Assembly: GCF_009914755.1 (NCBI RefSeq) | Contig: NC_060936.1 | Origin: the human T2T-CHM13v2.0 reference genome, Homo sapiens | Length of the DNA stretch: 64,000 nt | Direction: 5' to 3' (one strand) | Shown here: in pieces, positions 16,323-63,422 of the stretch | Layout of the letters: the number at the start of each line of letters is the position of its first letter | How positions within the stretch are numbered: position 1 is the first letter of the stretch | Made by a program: the position numbers and the translations under genes | The notes under the pieces: generated by a model | What the model saw: the letters and a program-made list of their open reading frames with translations, nothing else | What the model was told of the DNA's origin: nothing | The model's database searches: none

Positions 16323-17440
16323 CAAATCCAGAGCTTTCTAGGACATTCCCCCACATGCCAACATCCCCCCTCACTATCCCTGCTCGTTTCAAGGGCACCC
16401 AAGGCAAAATAGGCCCCCTCCTTGTCCCAAACAACCAGCTTCAAGGGAAGATCCAGGTGGCCATCTTGTCTTCTGACCAACCCAGAGGAAGAACCCAACA
16501 GCAACAACTTAAGAGTGTTTTCACTTCAATCAGAGTAGAGAAAAAGGAAAAGAGTGTTTCTCTCTCTGCCCCAACCTTCTGCCCTTCTCGAAGTTGAGAC
16601 CCAGGGGCTCAATCACGTGGCTGCTCCTTCCCAGAGCCTGACCTGAGGGAAAAATGTTTGCAGCCTCCAGAGAGCTGACCTGCCACTCTTAGCTGGGGTT
16701 CCCTGTGGTTCTGGGGAGGTTCACCAGGAAGCACCCTGTCACCCGGACCTGAAGACTGGCTCAGGCGCAGCCTTTGACACAACCTGTCTAATCAGAATGA
16801 CTCTGGGGACGCCTGTTGAGAGCGCTGGCTGAGGACCCCCTGTCTGGGTGTAGGAATAGATAAAAAAGCATGGAGCCCTGGGAATAACTGGGCTACTCCT
16901 GGACCACGAGGGGTACAATCTGCTCCTGGAGGGCAACGTAGAAGGAGGTGGGGGGTTGGAGCCCCCTGGCCAGCCTTGGTGGTAATCTGAGTCCTCCCTC
17001 CTGCTCATGGAGATTGGTAGACTCATGTCCCTCCTGCCACTGACTCTCCCCTTCTGACAGATGAAGAGGTAGAGGCCCAGAGAGGTAAAGTGACTCAACC
17101 AACATTCCCTGAACCAAATAACCCATTGCCAATGCAAATTCAGGACTGCTCAACCCAAGCCCCATGATATTTTCCACTGCAGCTGCCCTTGGCCTTGGTC
17201 TCCTCCAAGACCCAAGCTCTTCTTGACTGAAGCTTCAGAAGGACGCGAGATCCCAGCTGGAAGCTGGACCCAGAGCTAGGAGGCCATGGGAAACTAGCTG
17301 GCTGTGGCTTCCTTGGCTCTAGGGTGGTGGCAGCAGGGTGGGTGTTTGTGGGGTCCCTCCTCCTGCCAGGAGGTCTGGAGCTGCCTCGGAGCTTGACTGG
17401 TGTTGGGTATGACCCCAGGCGAATGGCTGCCCTGGTAAGG

Positions 17441-17794
17441 TGATATAGTTTGGCTGTGTCCCCACCCAAATCTCCTCTTGAAGTGTAGCTCCCACAATTC
17501 CCACGTGTCATGGGAGGGACCTGGTAGGAGGTAATTGAATCATGGGGGCAGGTCTTTCCTGTGCTGTTCTCGTGATAGTGTCACAAGAGCTGGTGGTTTT
17601 ATAAAGGGGAGTTTCCCTGCACAAGCTCTCTTCTCTCTTGCCTGCTGCCATGTAAGACGTGCCTTTCGCTTTCTGCCATGATTGTGAGGCCTCCCCAGCC
17701 ACATGGAACTATGAATCCATTAAACCTCTTTTTCTTTATAAATTACCCAGTCTCGGTTATGCCTTTATCAGCAGCATGAGAACAGACTAATACA
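17441..17794 (+). mobile_element. THE1/MST-type MaLR solo LTR
   Basis: TGATATAGTTTGGCTGTGTCCCCACCCAAATCTC...GACTAATACA termini, internal TATA and ATTAAA. Confidence 0.9.
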
Positions 17795-18559
17795 GAAGAG
17801 AAGAGGGTCAGCCTCACCTCCGGCTCATGGCTCACAGCTCCAGGTGGCATGTGGCCCTGTGGACAGACACAGGCAGGCAGTCCTCAAGGAGGCACCATCC
17901 CACTTAGCCAGGAGCACCATGACCCCCACCCATCCCAGCTCCACAAGCACTGCCAATCGCCCCTGCCACCATGGTCCTCACCACAGCGACCCGCATGCAC
18001 ACCCAGCACCCTGCTGACACTCCAGGCTCACCCACTGCCACGCCTGCTCCGTGCTGCCTGGCAACCATCCTCCCGCCTAGCAGGACAGCCCTCCCAGTAT
18101 AATTGTCCCCTGATGAGCACCAGAGTCCCCACACCTGCACTGTCAACCCCTGGCCAGCGTTACTCTCCCCTGCCCAAATGTACTGTCTCCATGGGGATCA
18201 TTATCCCCCAGCCAGCACTACTGTCACCCCCACCAGCATCACTCTCGCCCTGCCAACATGACTCTCCCTGGCCAGCATTATTACCCCCACCAGCATCACT
18301 CTGCTCTCCTCCCTCCACCCCCACCTTCCCCACAGCCACACCAACCTCAGCCACCTCTCAGGCCACCACCACCACCATCACAACCACCCAGTCCAGCCCC
18401 CAACCACCAACACTCTAAATGCCTCCCGGTCAGGACTTCTGCCCTCACTCTCACCCCTGCCCCTGGCTCCCCCCAGGCATTTCCTAGCTCTCCCATCTCC
18501 CTCGCTGCAGTCTCATGCCTGTTACCATCCCTCCCACCCCTGCCATCATCCTGCCATCT

Positions 18560-19092
18560 CCACCGTCAATGAATAAACATTTATTGAGCACCGGCAAATC
18601 CCAGACACTACAGAACACACAGAAGGCATGGCCCCACGCCGAGGGCCCCAGCCCCTTGCAAAGCTGCCACGCTGCCAAAAATGGTGGCGCATGCAGCTCA
18701 GGCGCAGGCTGAGGCTGGGGCTTGGCCGGGCAGTGCACTTGGAACGGGGTCCTAAGGCCTCTGCCAGGTTCCAGCTGGGGCAGGGGTCACGTCGCTTCCT
18801 GAGAGCAGAGCAAATAAATAATGGAGAGGCAGGGGCTGGGGCCTGAGGTGGAGGGGCTCTGGCGTTGGCTTATGTGACTCCATAGGAGCAAGACAGGTGG
18901 CCGGGAGCCCCCACCCCAGGGTGGGGAGGCAGAGCCAGGGGACCACAGGGTCCTGGGGCCTCCCTGGCACCTCCACTGGTCCCTCGCCTCTGGGGCCAAA
19001 GCAGGGTGTGGGGGGACACCCCAGAAGGCACTGCTGAAATGCGGCTGGACTAGAAATGAGTGGGCAGAGAAGCTGGGGCTGGGCTGCAGTCC
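18560..19092 (-). other. TRPV4: TRPV4 3' UTR
   Basis: Runs from the stop codon to ~20 nt past the minus-strand AATAAA at 18585-18580. Confidence 0.85.
18580..18585 (-). terminator. TRPV4: TRPV4 polyadenylation signal AATAAA
   Basis: tttatt on plus; first canonical hexamer downstream of the stop. Confidence 0.85.
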
Positions 19093-50667
<31,575 letters not shown>

Positions 50668-51961
50668 TCATTCCATGACATTGAGCAAGTCGACATTTCA
50701 TAGCCTCAGCTTCCTGATCTGTAAGATGGGGATATCCAAGCCTCATGGACAGAACATGCAGTCCAGTGGCCAGTGCAGTGCAGTGCCTGGCACGTGGTAA
50801 GCACCTGCTAAGGCAGAACCATTAACCGTGGGCTTCAGGCACAGGAGGGGCTCAGAAAATCCATGTGGACTTGCTGTGTAGGCCGGCAGTCCTTTTCCTC
50901 ATCAAACACTGTCATGATGAACCCATTTTACAGAACAGGAAACTGAGGCTCCAATACTTGAGTTGACTTCCCCAGTGCACAAACTCTGCTCCCCAGTGCA
51001 AAGTGCTGATCCCTCCCTGCACCTTTGCTGGTCAACTCCTCCCCACTGGTGTTCCAGCTCAACTGGGCTCCTCTGGAAAGCCCTCCCTGGCCTGCACACA
51101 CTCGCTCCCAGGATCCATGCTCCTCTCCTCAGAAGCTTTATCCCAGCTGTTCACGGGATGGTTCGTTCCCAGGCTGTGGGTGCCAGGAGGCAGGAAATGT
51201 ATCTGTCTTGTCCATCCCTGAGTCCTCACACAAATGAAAAACTTTATGACAAAGATGTCATTTGTTCCCATTTCTCAGATGAGGAAGCAGCTTTCAAAGG
51301 CAGCAAACAGCTTGCAGGAAGAAGAGCTGGACTTGAACCATGTCTCTCTGGCTCCCGGGTCCAGTGCTTAGCCAGGAGCCAGGGCAAGGGAGGGGCAAGG
51401 CCCCACTGGTTGGCTGTCAGTGCCCTGCTCTCTGTAGCATGGTGCCAGCCAGGCAGGGCTGGGCACCAAGGGTGAGTTTCCTGGAACTCTTACCACCCCA
51501 CCCGGGAGGCAGGGGCATGTCTGAAAAGCCCTCTCTTGTACATCTCACCCTTCCCACCCAATACGCACGTAGAAAAACAAATAAACTAGTTCCCACCTTG
51601 TTTGTTCTGTGGCTTCCAGGAGGGAAGACTTGGACCAGAGAGGTGGGGACACAGCAAGAGGCCTCCCTTAGTGGGCGCAGCAGGACACAGAGGGTCAGAG
51701 CTCCCACTGGGGGTGGGCTTCCCTTTGGACACCAAAAGGGAGAGACAGCCTGGCCTTTGGAGTCATTCAGGCCTGGGTTCTAATCCCAGCTCTGCTATTT
51801 ACATGTAGTGTGATCTTAGGTAAGTTACTTGAGCTCCCCAAGCCTCAGTTTCCTCCTCTGCAAAATGGGTACAATTGTAGTCACTTCTTCATAGGGTTGC
51901 AGGCAGTGGGAAGTGAGGTCAGATATATCCAGTGCCACTTCTGGGATTAAAGTGGGGTTTT

Positions 51962-52252
51962 GGCTCAGTGCAGCAGCTCACGCCTGTAACCCCAGCACTT
52001 TGGGAGGCCGAGGCGGGTGGATCACTTGAAGTCAGGAGTTCGAGACCAGCCTGGCTAACATGGCAAAACCCCGTCTCTATAAAAAATACAAAAATTAGCC
52101 AGGCGTGGTGGCACGTGACTGTAGTCCCAGCTACTTAGGAGGCTGAGGCAGGAGAATCACTTGAACCCAGGAGGCAGAGGTTGCAGTGAGCCAAGATGGC
52201 GCCACTGCACTCCAGCCAGGGCAACAGAGCAAGACTCTATCTAAAAATAAAT
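51962..52252 (+). mobile_element. Alu
   Basis: Alu consensus. Confidence 0.9.
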
Positions 52253-53220
52253 ACCTCAGGTAAGTTGCTTAGCCTCTCTGAGCCTCAGTTTCCTCATCTG
52301 TAAATAGAGTGGGACTTTCAGTTATTATAACCAAACGAAGAAAGAGAAGTTAGGAGGCCAGGTTCTGAAATGAGACCCAGTTCCTCTCTTGGCCCTGGTC
52401 ATTAGCCGTTTGACCATGGGCAAATCACTTCCTCTGTCTGCCCCGTGGTTTTCCCACCTGTAAGACTGGAGTGACCACGCCTCCTCCTAGGGTCCTCCAG
52501 CATGTGAGGCACCTACTCAGTTCCAGCACCTAGTAGGACCTCTGGAGACACGAAGTCCTTTCGACTGGCCAGACAGGAGAGGGGGATCTGGATCCCTAGT
52601 CCCTCATGGCTGCCACATGCATTTGGGCTTTGCTCTGCAGGAATGGGGGCCAGGGGGTTGCTGAGGCAGGAGGGGCATCTGCAGGGGCACAGGCATTGGC
52701 GGGAGGTGGATTAGACTCTCCTGGGCATGGCCCTGTCCACCTCACTGGGGGCCCTGAGGTCAGGGGGAGACGAGGCATCAGGCGCACCCTCTGTGTTTCC
52801 AGTACCCTTCTATCCACTGCACCCCTCACCATGGCACCTCAGGGGCTAATGGAACCCCATCCCAGGGAGCTCCCAAGGCCAGAGAAGGCAGCCAAGAAGG
52901 TCCTTCCATCCCCCACCATGCCTGCACCCTCCTCCCCTCAGGAGGATAGCCCTCCCCTAAGCCTGGACAGCACCCCAGGTTCCTGGGGACTCCAAAATGG
53001 GGGCTCTGGTGCCAGCCAATCCCAGGTTCAAATCCTCTCCCAGCAACTGTCAACCTGTATGGCTGCTGTGTGGCCTTCGGCAAGTCACGCCGCGATCATG
53101 ATTAGCATTCTAATTAGGATGAAATAATAATTATGAACTAAATCACCATCCTCGCCTGATGACGTAGCTCAGGCTGTGCCCAGCACAGGGCCTCATCCAG
53201 CCCTCATCATGACTCCAGAC

Positions 53221-53447
53221 CAGTGGTTCTCAACCAAGGACAGTTCTGCTCCTCCTCTAAGGACATTTGGCAATATCTGATGACATGTTTTGTTGTCACA
53301 ACTGTACAGGAGAGGGAGCACTACTGGCATCTGGTAGATCAAGGCCAGGGATGGCACTAAACATCCTCCAAAGCAAAAGACAGCCCCACACCACAAAAAA
53401 ATGACCCAGCCCACAATGTCAATAGCGTCGAGACTGAGAACATCTGC
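53221..53447 (+). mobile_element. MER20, full length
   Basis: cagtggttctcaacc...gactgagaacatctg termini. Confidence 0.8.
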
Positions 53448-53960
53448 CCTGGAAGTAGGTACTGCGATCGTTCCCATTCTACAGATGAGGAAACTGAGGC
53501 TCAGAGAGGCTAAGTGACTTGCCTGAGGTCACACAGCAGGTTAGTGACAGAGCCAGGACTGAAATGCGGGCAGCTGGCTGCAGAGCCCAGATTGAATCCC
53601 TCCATGGACTGGGGATGTCCTGGGTGCCAGGTGAGGGTGAAGGGGAGCCATCCTCACCCTCAAATAGATTGACCAGGGAGGAGAGGGGGAAGGCCTCCCC
53701 ACCAGGAAGCTCGGCCACCTCACCAGGCCTGCACAGGGGCCTTTGCTGGGATCCGCCATGCCGGATGGTAGTAAACATCCTCCAAAACAAAAGACAGCCC
53801 CGCACCACACAGAATAACCCAGTCAACAACATCAACAGCGCTGAGGTTGAGAAAATCTGCCCTGGAGGTAGGTATTGCAATCATTCCCATTTTACAGATG
53901 AGGAAACTGAGGCTCAGAGAGGCTAAGCGACTTACCTGAGGTCACACAGCAGGTTAGTGA
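53349..53960 (+). repeat. ~200-bp direct repeat pair (53349-53547 and 53763-53960), MER20 3' half plus MIR
   Basis: ggatgg..taaacatcctccaaa...cctgaggtcacacagcaggttagtga occurs twice, 414 bp apart. Confidence 0.9.
53630..53762 (-). pseudogene. Decayed partial duplicate of TRPV4 exon 2 (codons ~1-52)
   Basis: Aligns to 50111-50265 at ~86% identity. Reads [11 protein letters not shown]/(1-nt deletion)/[33 protein letters not shown], with a 21-nt deletion. Confidence 0.93.
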
Positions 53961-54782
53961 TGGAGTACCAGGGTACCACCCGAGCGCTTACAGTGTCTCC
54001 TTCAAGCTTCACAACCACCCCCAGGAGGAAGGGATGATTACTGCCGCCCATTCTCATCTCTCTGAGCCTCGGTTTCTCTACTTGTAAAATGGGGATTGCA
54101 ATAATAGCACCTCCCTTGTAGGGCTTCTGGGAGATAAGGCAGGTCAAGTGTTTCTTGGGCACCTAAGAAATATTTGATAAATGTTGGATCTTGTCACATT
54201 TAATTATCATCATCACCACTATGATATGGTCCTGATTTACCTGTCCTCCTTACTCCCCTTCCCCAAAACACACATGCACACACGTGCCAGCACTACAGCC
54301 TGACATTTTATAGCCCATGCTAAAATCCACCAAGCCCCTCTCTCATTCAATCCCCCGAAGAACCTGAACAAAGCTAGGCTATTGCTCCCACTTTACAGCT
54401 AAGGAAACGGAGGCTCTGAGAGGCCAGCTAGGGAGCAAATGGCTTTGAAGAAAACCTCTAGACTCCTAGCCCTGGGCTCCTTCCACATCACAGCACTCAG
54501 GAGTGTGTACACACTAGCTCACGTGTACACATACACATAGGCATGTGTACACACACACACACACACCCGGCTCTGCTGCTCTGTGGCAATTCCCTCCCCA
54601 AACACTGTCCTGTTCTCTGTGGTCAGAGAAAGAGTTTACTCCCTGTTCTAATTTGCCCTAAAGGCTGTTATTACACATTCCAAACTCATGCCAGTTTTAG
54701 GAGGGAGGGAAGTCGGGGATGCAGGCAGGGAGAGAGGCTGAGAGCCTGGGTGTGAGTCCACATGTGTCTCCTCTGCGTGTGA

Positions 54783-55331
<549 letters not shown>

Positions 55332-55982
55332 TAGCGGTTTTTGAATATGTTGGTTTTAAATCCTATATATTCAAAAGCAGGTTTATATTCAAACTCTTCT
55401 TTAGAATATATATACTGAATGGTGGTCCACACAGAGATGGCAGTTGTGTAGGATGGACAAAGAATCTGCATCTTCCTCTGGAAAGGGCCCAAGGGGCAGC
55501 AGTAGAAGCCAGCTACCTATTTATTCCACACATTTATTGAGCACCTACTATGTGCCAGGCACTGTGCTAGACTAGGGACACAGATGTGAACAGAACAGAT
55601 ATCAATCCCTTTGGGGGCAGACCTTCTGGTGGGGAAACAATAAACTAGACAAATCAAGCAGCAGAGTCATGTCGGATGGTGTTAAGAACTGCATAGACCA
55701 GAAGGGCTCAGGAGTGGGCAAGTTAAGGGGTGCAGGAGTCCTGAGTAGGGTGATGAGATACAGGGCTGAGCCAGGGTCCCCAGACCTTCCTTTCTGCCCT
55801 AGACAGAGACCCCAGGCTTTCCAGAAACCTGGCTTTCTGCTCTCATGGCCCCCTGAGCCGGTGGGGCACATTTTGACGTCAGGCAGACCAGAGGGTCAGA
55901 TCCCAGACCCACAGCTCACTTGCTGGGTGAGTATGAGCAAGTTACCCAACCTCTCTGATCTTCACTTTCTTCAGCTGCCCTA

Positions 55983-56288
55983 TTTTTTTTTTTTTTTTTT
56001 TTTTTTTGAGACGGAGTCTCCCTCTGTCGCCTAGGCTGGAGTGCAGTGGCGCATCTCCACTCACTGCAAGCTCCGCCTCCCGGGTTCACGCCATTCTTCT
56101 GCTCAGCCTCCTGAGTAGCTGGGACTACAGGCACCCGCCACCACGCCCGGCTAATTTTTTGTATTTTTTTAGTACAGACGGGGTTTCATGGTGTTAGCCA
56201 GGATGGTCTCGATCTCCTGACCTCGTGATCCGCCTGCCTCAGCCTCCCAAAGTGCTGGGATTATAGGCGTGAGCCACTACGCCCGGCC
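55983..56288 (-). mobile_element. AluY-like element
   Basis: AluY-type gcaagctccgcctcccgggttcacgccattc and gtgttagccaggatggtctcgatctcc; TSD tcagctgccctatt. Confidence 0.88.
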
Positions 56289-57004
56289 CTCAGCTGCCCT
56301 ATTAAGGGATCGTAATAGGGTCGTTGTGAGAGGTATATACCTTGAGTCAAGTGCCTGGCATAAAGAAAGCCTCAATAAACAGCAGATTGCACAACAGATG
56401 GCTTCTCTCTGAGAATCCCGGATTCAAAGGCGGTGGAGGTCTCTGGCTCCGTCCCCATGCCCCAACTTGCGGAGGGTGGAAAAAGGGGCCCATCCTCGGG
56501 GTTACCCGCGGCTTTGCCTGATCTCATGGAAACCCTGGCAAACATTTGTCAAATCCCATCCTCCTGATTACGTGACCAAGGAAAGCTGCTTAAATCTGGG
56601 GGCAAGTTTGGGCATGCAAACCTGCTCCGCCCCAGCGGGGAGGAATCCAGGGAGCTGGTTTCTCCCGGTTCCCTCCCTTCTGGAATCAATTCATTCCACC
56701 AGGCATCAATGCAGTGGCACCTGTTTGCAGGGCACAGGGGAGACATAAAAGTGTGGAACCTCAGAGAACTCGCAGTCCAGGAGGGAAGGCTGATGGCTCT
56801 CTCTGCCTCCAGGCCTTTGCCTAGGCTGTTCCCTCCGCCTGGAATGCCCTTCCCTTCGCTGGCTGGCTCCCACTTACTCCTCAGGCCTCATGTTAAAGGG
56901 CACTTCCTCTGAAAAGCCCTCCTGTTTCCCCTGCTCTTTACTCTTAGAGTAACATGTGCCTTCCTTTACAGCACTTCCCACGATTAAACTTTTCTATATA
57001 TGTA

Positions 57005-57297
57005 TTTTTTTTTTCAAGAGAGTCTCGCTCTGTCCCCCAGGTTGGAGTGCAGTGGCATGATCTCAGCTCACTGCAACCTCCGCCTCCTGGGTTCAAGCAA
57101 TTCTCGTGCCTCAGCCTCCTCGAGTAGCTGGGATTACAGGCATGCACCACAACACCCGGCTAATTTTTCGTATTTTTAGTAGAGGCAGGGTTTTGCCATG
57201 TTGGTCAGTCTGGTCTTGAACCCCTGACCTCAGATGATCCACCTGCCTCAGCCTCCCAAAATGTTGGGATTATAGGTGTGAGCCACCGCACCCGGCC
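57005..57297 (-). mobile_element. Alu
   Basis: Alu consensus. Confidence 0.9.
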
Positions 57298-59009
57298 TAT
57301 ATATTATTCTTTGATTCATCTTCTCTCTTCACCTCCAGAGTTTTAGTTCCATGTGGTAGGGACTATTTCGTGTCCCCTGTGTCCCCAGCATTCAGCATGG
57401 TGCTGAAGCAAAATGAGGTGTCAATGAATATTTGGTTTTTTTAGGCTGTAAGATCAGGGACCTGAAGTTCCAGGCAGGGTTGCAGAGCAAGGGCAGCCAG
57501 AATCCTGATGGGGAGGGGGAAAGGCTGTGAGGAGGAGGAGGAGGAAGATAAAGGGCAGAGGAGGTGTCAAGGACAAAGGTGTAGAGGGGAAAGTGCAGGG
57601 TGCACAGAGGAATGGTGTGGCCTGGGGCACAGGGAGAAGGAAAGCAGAAGAGATGGGTGAGTGGGTGGGCAGTGGGGAGGTGGGTGGGGGTTGGAATCCA
57701 TGGGTAGGAAGGAGCCCACAGAGAAGGTGCTCAGGCTCCCAGACAGACCCAGTGTGCTTCTACCTCCCTCCACCCTGGGGCTCCTTAGCCAATTTGGGGG
57801 CCCCCACTTCCTGTGGTACCCTCAAATAAACACAACTGTGAGTGCCTGCCATTCCAAATCAGTCTTGCCGGGGACATGTGGATAGGAAGGTACTAGGAAG
57901 ACAAGGACTCTGAGCTTTGCTGTTACTAGAGAGAAAATCCCAGACCTGTCCACCCCCTCCCCACCTTCCAGGTAAGAAAACTGAGGCTCAGAGAGGCGAA
58001 GTCATTTGTCTGGCATTGCCTTGCTCCAGAAAGGGGGAGGCAGGATTAGAACCCATGCATCCCCGGGACCTGCGCCTTTGATGGACACTTTACAAAGACA
58101 AGGGAACTCTGGGAGGGAGAAGCTGGAGAAAGAATGGAGTGGGGGATGGGTCGCAGTCCCTGACGAACCACCAGTTCACCAGCTCTGGGCAAGTCACCTG
58201 GCCTGCCCATGCCTCGGTTTCCTCACCTGAAAAATGGCAATGATCCTAGCACCTACCCCAAGGGAACTGTCGTGAGGGTTACATGAGATAAAGCATGCAA
58301 AACACTGAGCCCAGTGCCTGGTACAGAGCATGCATTCAGTCAAGCATGGCTGCTGTTGGAATCATCAGTATCAGTGTACTATTTATTAGTATCATTAGGG
58401 GAACAGATGAACAAAAGGACTGAGGACCAAGGAAGGCAATGACTCCTAGAGAAGGCAGAGCGGCCAGATCCAGAGCCTTGGAGGTAGACTCTGGCAGCCA
58501 CCTCGAAGTGGCGGCTGCTGGGAACAGCCGGCTGGGAGCTCAACTCCTTGGCCAGGCGAAACCTACTGCCTGCCAGGCTACCCCACGGCTCCCAGGCACT
58601 TGGCAGGCGGCAGCAGTAGGGGGGCATCATGCCATGCCCAGCACCTTCCCTGGCCAGCCTGTATTTACCTAGCAGGTCTCGGCCCAGCCCGCTTCCTGTT
58701 TGCTGCACAGTGGCCGCCTGTCCAGGACAGACAGAGCCCCAGTGTCCTGCTGGGCCCCCACCCCATGCACTCACACCACCCAGGCAGGGCAGGTCTGGGG
58801 TGACTCACCGCGCCCCACGGAGGGCAAGGCCAGCGTGGCCACGGCAGTCATTTGGTCATTCTGCAAGCCCTTGGCTGGAGGGAGGCCGGCTGACAGCACA
58901 CACAGATGCCCCTCTGAGCTTTCACAGGGACCAAGTCATTTCCAAGGGTCCCGGCCCCTGGGTAGGAGCCACCAAGAAGCGGTGTGGCTTAATGGTTAAG
59001 AGCATGCAC

Positions 59010-59285
59010 CTTGTAGACACAAAAGGCCACATATTGCAGGATTCCATTTATATGAAATGCCCAGAACAGGCAAATCCACAGAGACAGAAAGCAGATTAGT
59101 TGTTGCCAGGGGCTGGGAGTGGGGAGTGGTGACTGCTAATGGGTACAGAGTCCTTTTTTGGGGTGATGAAAATGTTCTGGAATGAGATAGTGCTGATGTC
59201 TGTACAACTCTGAATACACTAAGAAACCAACTGAATTGTACGTTTTAAAAGACTGAGTTATGAGTATGTGAATTACATCTAAATG
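59010..59285 (+). mobile_element. L1M(B/C)-type 3' end fragment
   Basis: attccatttatatgaaat..ccagaacaggcaaatcca...ggggtgatgaaaatgttctggaa...tgtgaattacatct. Confidence 0.8.
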
Positions 59286-59393
59286 ACCCTTCCAGGCTTA
59301 GTGACCTCAGGCAGGTCACTTCCCTCCCAGAACCTCAGTTTCCTTGTTGCAACATGGGAATGTCATGGAGATTAAGCACACATAAAGGGTTTC

Positions 59394-60904
<1,511 letters not shown>

Positions 60905-61400
60905 TGTTCAATGGCTGCTTTGCCATTCTTGCTAACATTCCCTCAGTTTGCAGTGGGAGGTGGGGGATGATGACATTGAGGTCCAGGGAGGTCAGAACTG
61001 GGCAGGCACTGGAACCCAGACTTCCCGGCTCCAAAACCAGGGCTCGTGACTGCAGAGACCTCACCTTTGGAAAGGGTTTCCTCGCCACCTCATTTCCATC
61101 TTCTGTCACCTTTAGAAGGCTGTCAGGACAAGGGCTGCCTCCCAGCTGGGAGACTAAGGACCAGAAGGGACAGGACACTCGTCCATGCATACGTTCCTCT
61201 ACCCCACTTCTAGGAGCAAAAGTCCCGAGTTTGCCAAATCAGAGGAGGGGGAAGAGGGCAGGTGCCCGTTATGAGTGGATGGGGCAGGAGTCGGGGAAGG
61301 GAGCCCAAGGCAGCAGAAAACCAGTTTGAGATCCTTCCTCTGTCCCAGCCCACCTCAACACCAGTCTGTGCCAACAGTAAGCTGCTGCCTCAGGGGTTAA

Positions 61401-61790
<390 letters not shown>

Positions 61791-63017
61791 CTTCTATCTA
61801 TTTTAATCCAAATAATAACTATAGACATTAAATATTATTGTCTCCATTCCCAGATGTATAAAGTCAGTCCCGGGGGAAAGGAGGTAAGGGCTGACATTTA
61901 TCCAATACCTATCATATGCTAAGCACTTTCACATTTCTCTCTCATTTGAGGTCGGTGTTATTGTTATCATTTCACAGATGAACAAACTGAAGATCAGAAA
62001 GAATGAGATTTAACTGAGTCCACAACGCTACAGGAAGTGAATGTGGCTAGACTTCCAACCATCTGCTTTTAAATCCATTTGAGTTCATTCATCCCTTTGG
62101 GGGCTACCATGCCCTCTCCCTAGGACCCCCCTTCTCAACGCCATATCCCTTGGAACTCAGCAGGACAAGATGGCACAGTGGTGACAGGCTTGGAGTCTGA
62201 ATCTTGACTTTGCCATTTAGTAACTGCGTGGCCCCAGACGGATCACTTGACCTCTCCGAGCTTCAGTTTCCTCACCTGTAAAAGGGAGCTCATCACAGTT
62301 CCCACTGCTGGATTACTTGTCATTGTGGGTATCAGAGTCTCACAAAGTGGCCTCAAAGCACTGCGTGTGGAATGATGTCACTCGGACAAAAGCTCTAGGG
62401 CGGAGGGACTCCCTTCTGGTAACTGCTGAGGCCCAGATGCCTGGAACAGGTCCTGGCACATAGCAGCTGCTCAAGATGTATTTGCTGGATGAATGAATGA
62501 ATGAATGAATGAACAGAGGAAAGGAGTGAAAGACGGGCTTAGTCATTCTCTCCAGGGCAGACAGGTCTCCAAAGCGAACCTCTGCCCAGCTAACTAATTA
62601 GCTTCCTCCCATCCATTTTTTAACAGACAGCTTACGGAGCACCTGCTATGTGTGGGGTTTTCTGGCCTATAAGACCAACACCTCTCATGAGGACAACTAT
62701 CGTGAGCCCATTTTATAGATGAAGAAATTGAGGCTCAACAAGACCAGGACACTCACTCAAGCACACTTGGTCTCAGAGCCAGAGCCTGTATCTGAGCAGG
62801 TGCTTCCTTCTGATGCCCTGCCTGGCTGGCTTGTCCAGTCACTCATTCCTTCCTTCATTCATCCCTTCACTCTATCTACAGGTATTCCTGAGCCCCTCCT
62901 GTGTGCCAAGCAGGGACAGGAGTGAGCCAGACCCATGGGTCAGTCAACCCCATGCCCCCTGTCCCACCCTCACCTGCTGGGGTCTCAGCCCAAAGCCCAT
63001 GGAACCCACCCTCCATA

Positions 63018-63422
63018 AACACACACACACACACACACTACACACAAATACATATACACATTACACACATATACACATACATACACACAATATACACACA
63101 TACATACATATACACGCAAACATACACACACATACACACATGCACACATAGACATTCACATACACACATACACATGTATATACATACACATATGCACACA
63201 CATACACACAGACATACATATACACACATACACACATATATACACAAACATACACATAAACATATAGTCATACATATACACACATACACATATATACACA
63301 TATACACATACACATATAGACATACATATACACACATACACATACACACACAGACACACATACACACATACACACGCACATCAATATACACACACATACA
63401 CACGTACACAAACACACACACA
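63018..63422 (+). repeat. Compound (CA)/(TA)n microsatellite, ~400 bp
   Basis: Directly visible. Confidence 0.95.

Noticed and set aside
53770-53800. Splice acceptor for the exon 2 copy (cttttgttttggag|)
   Set aside because: GAG rather than YAG, and no convincing downstream donor; inclusion cannot be supported from sequence alone.
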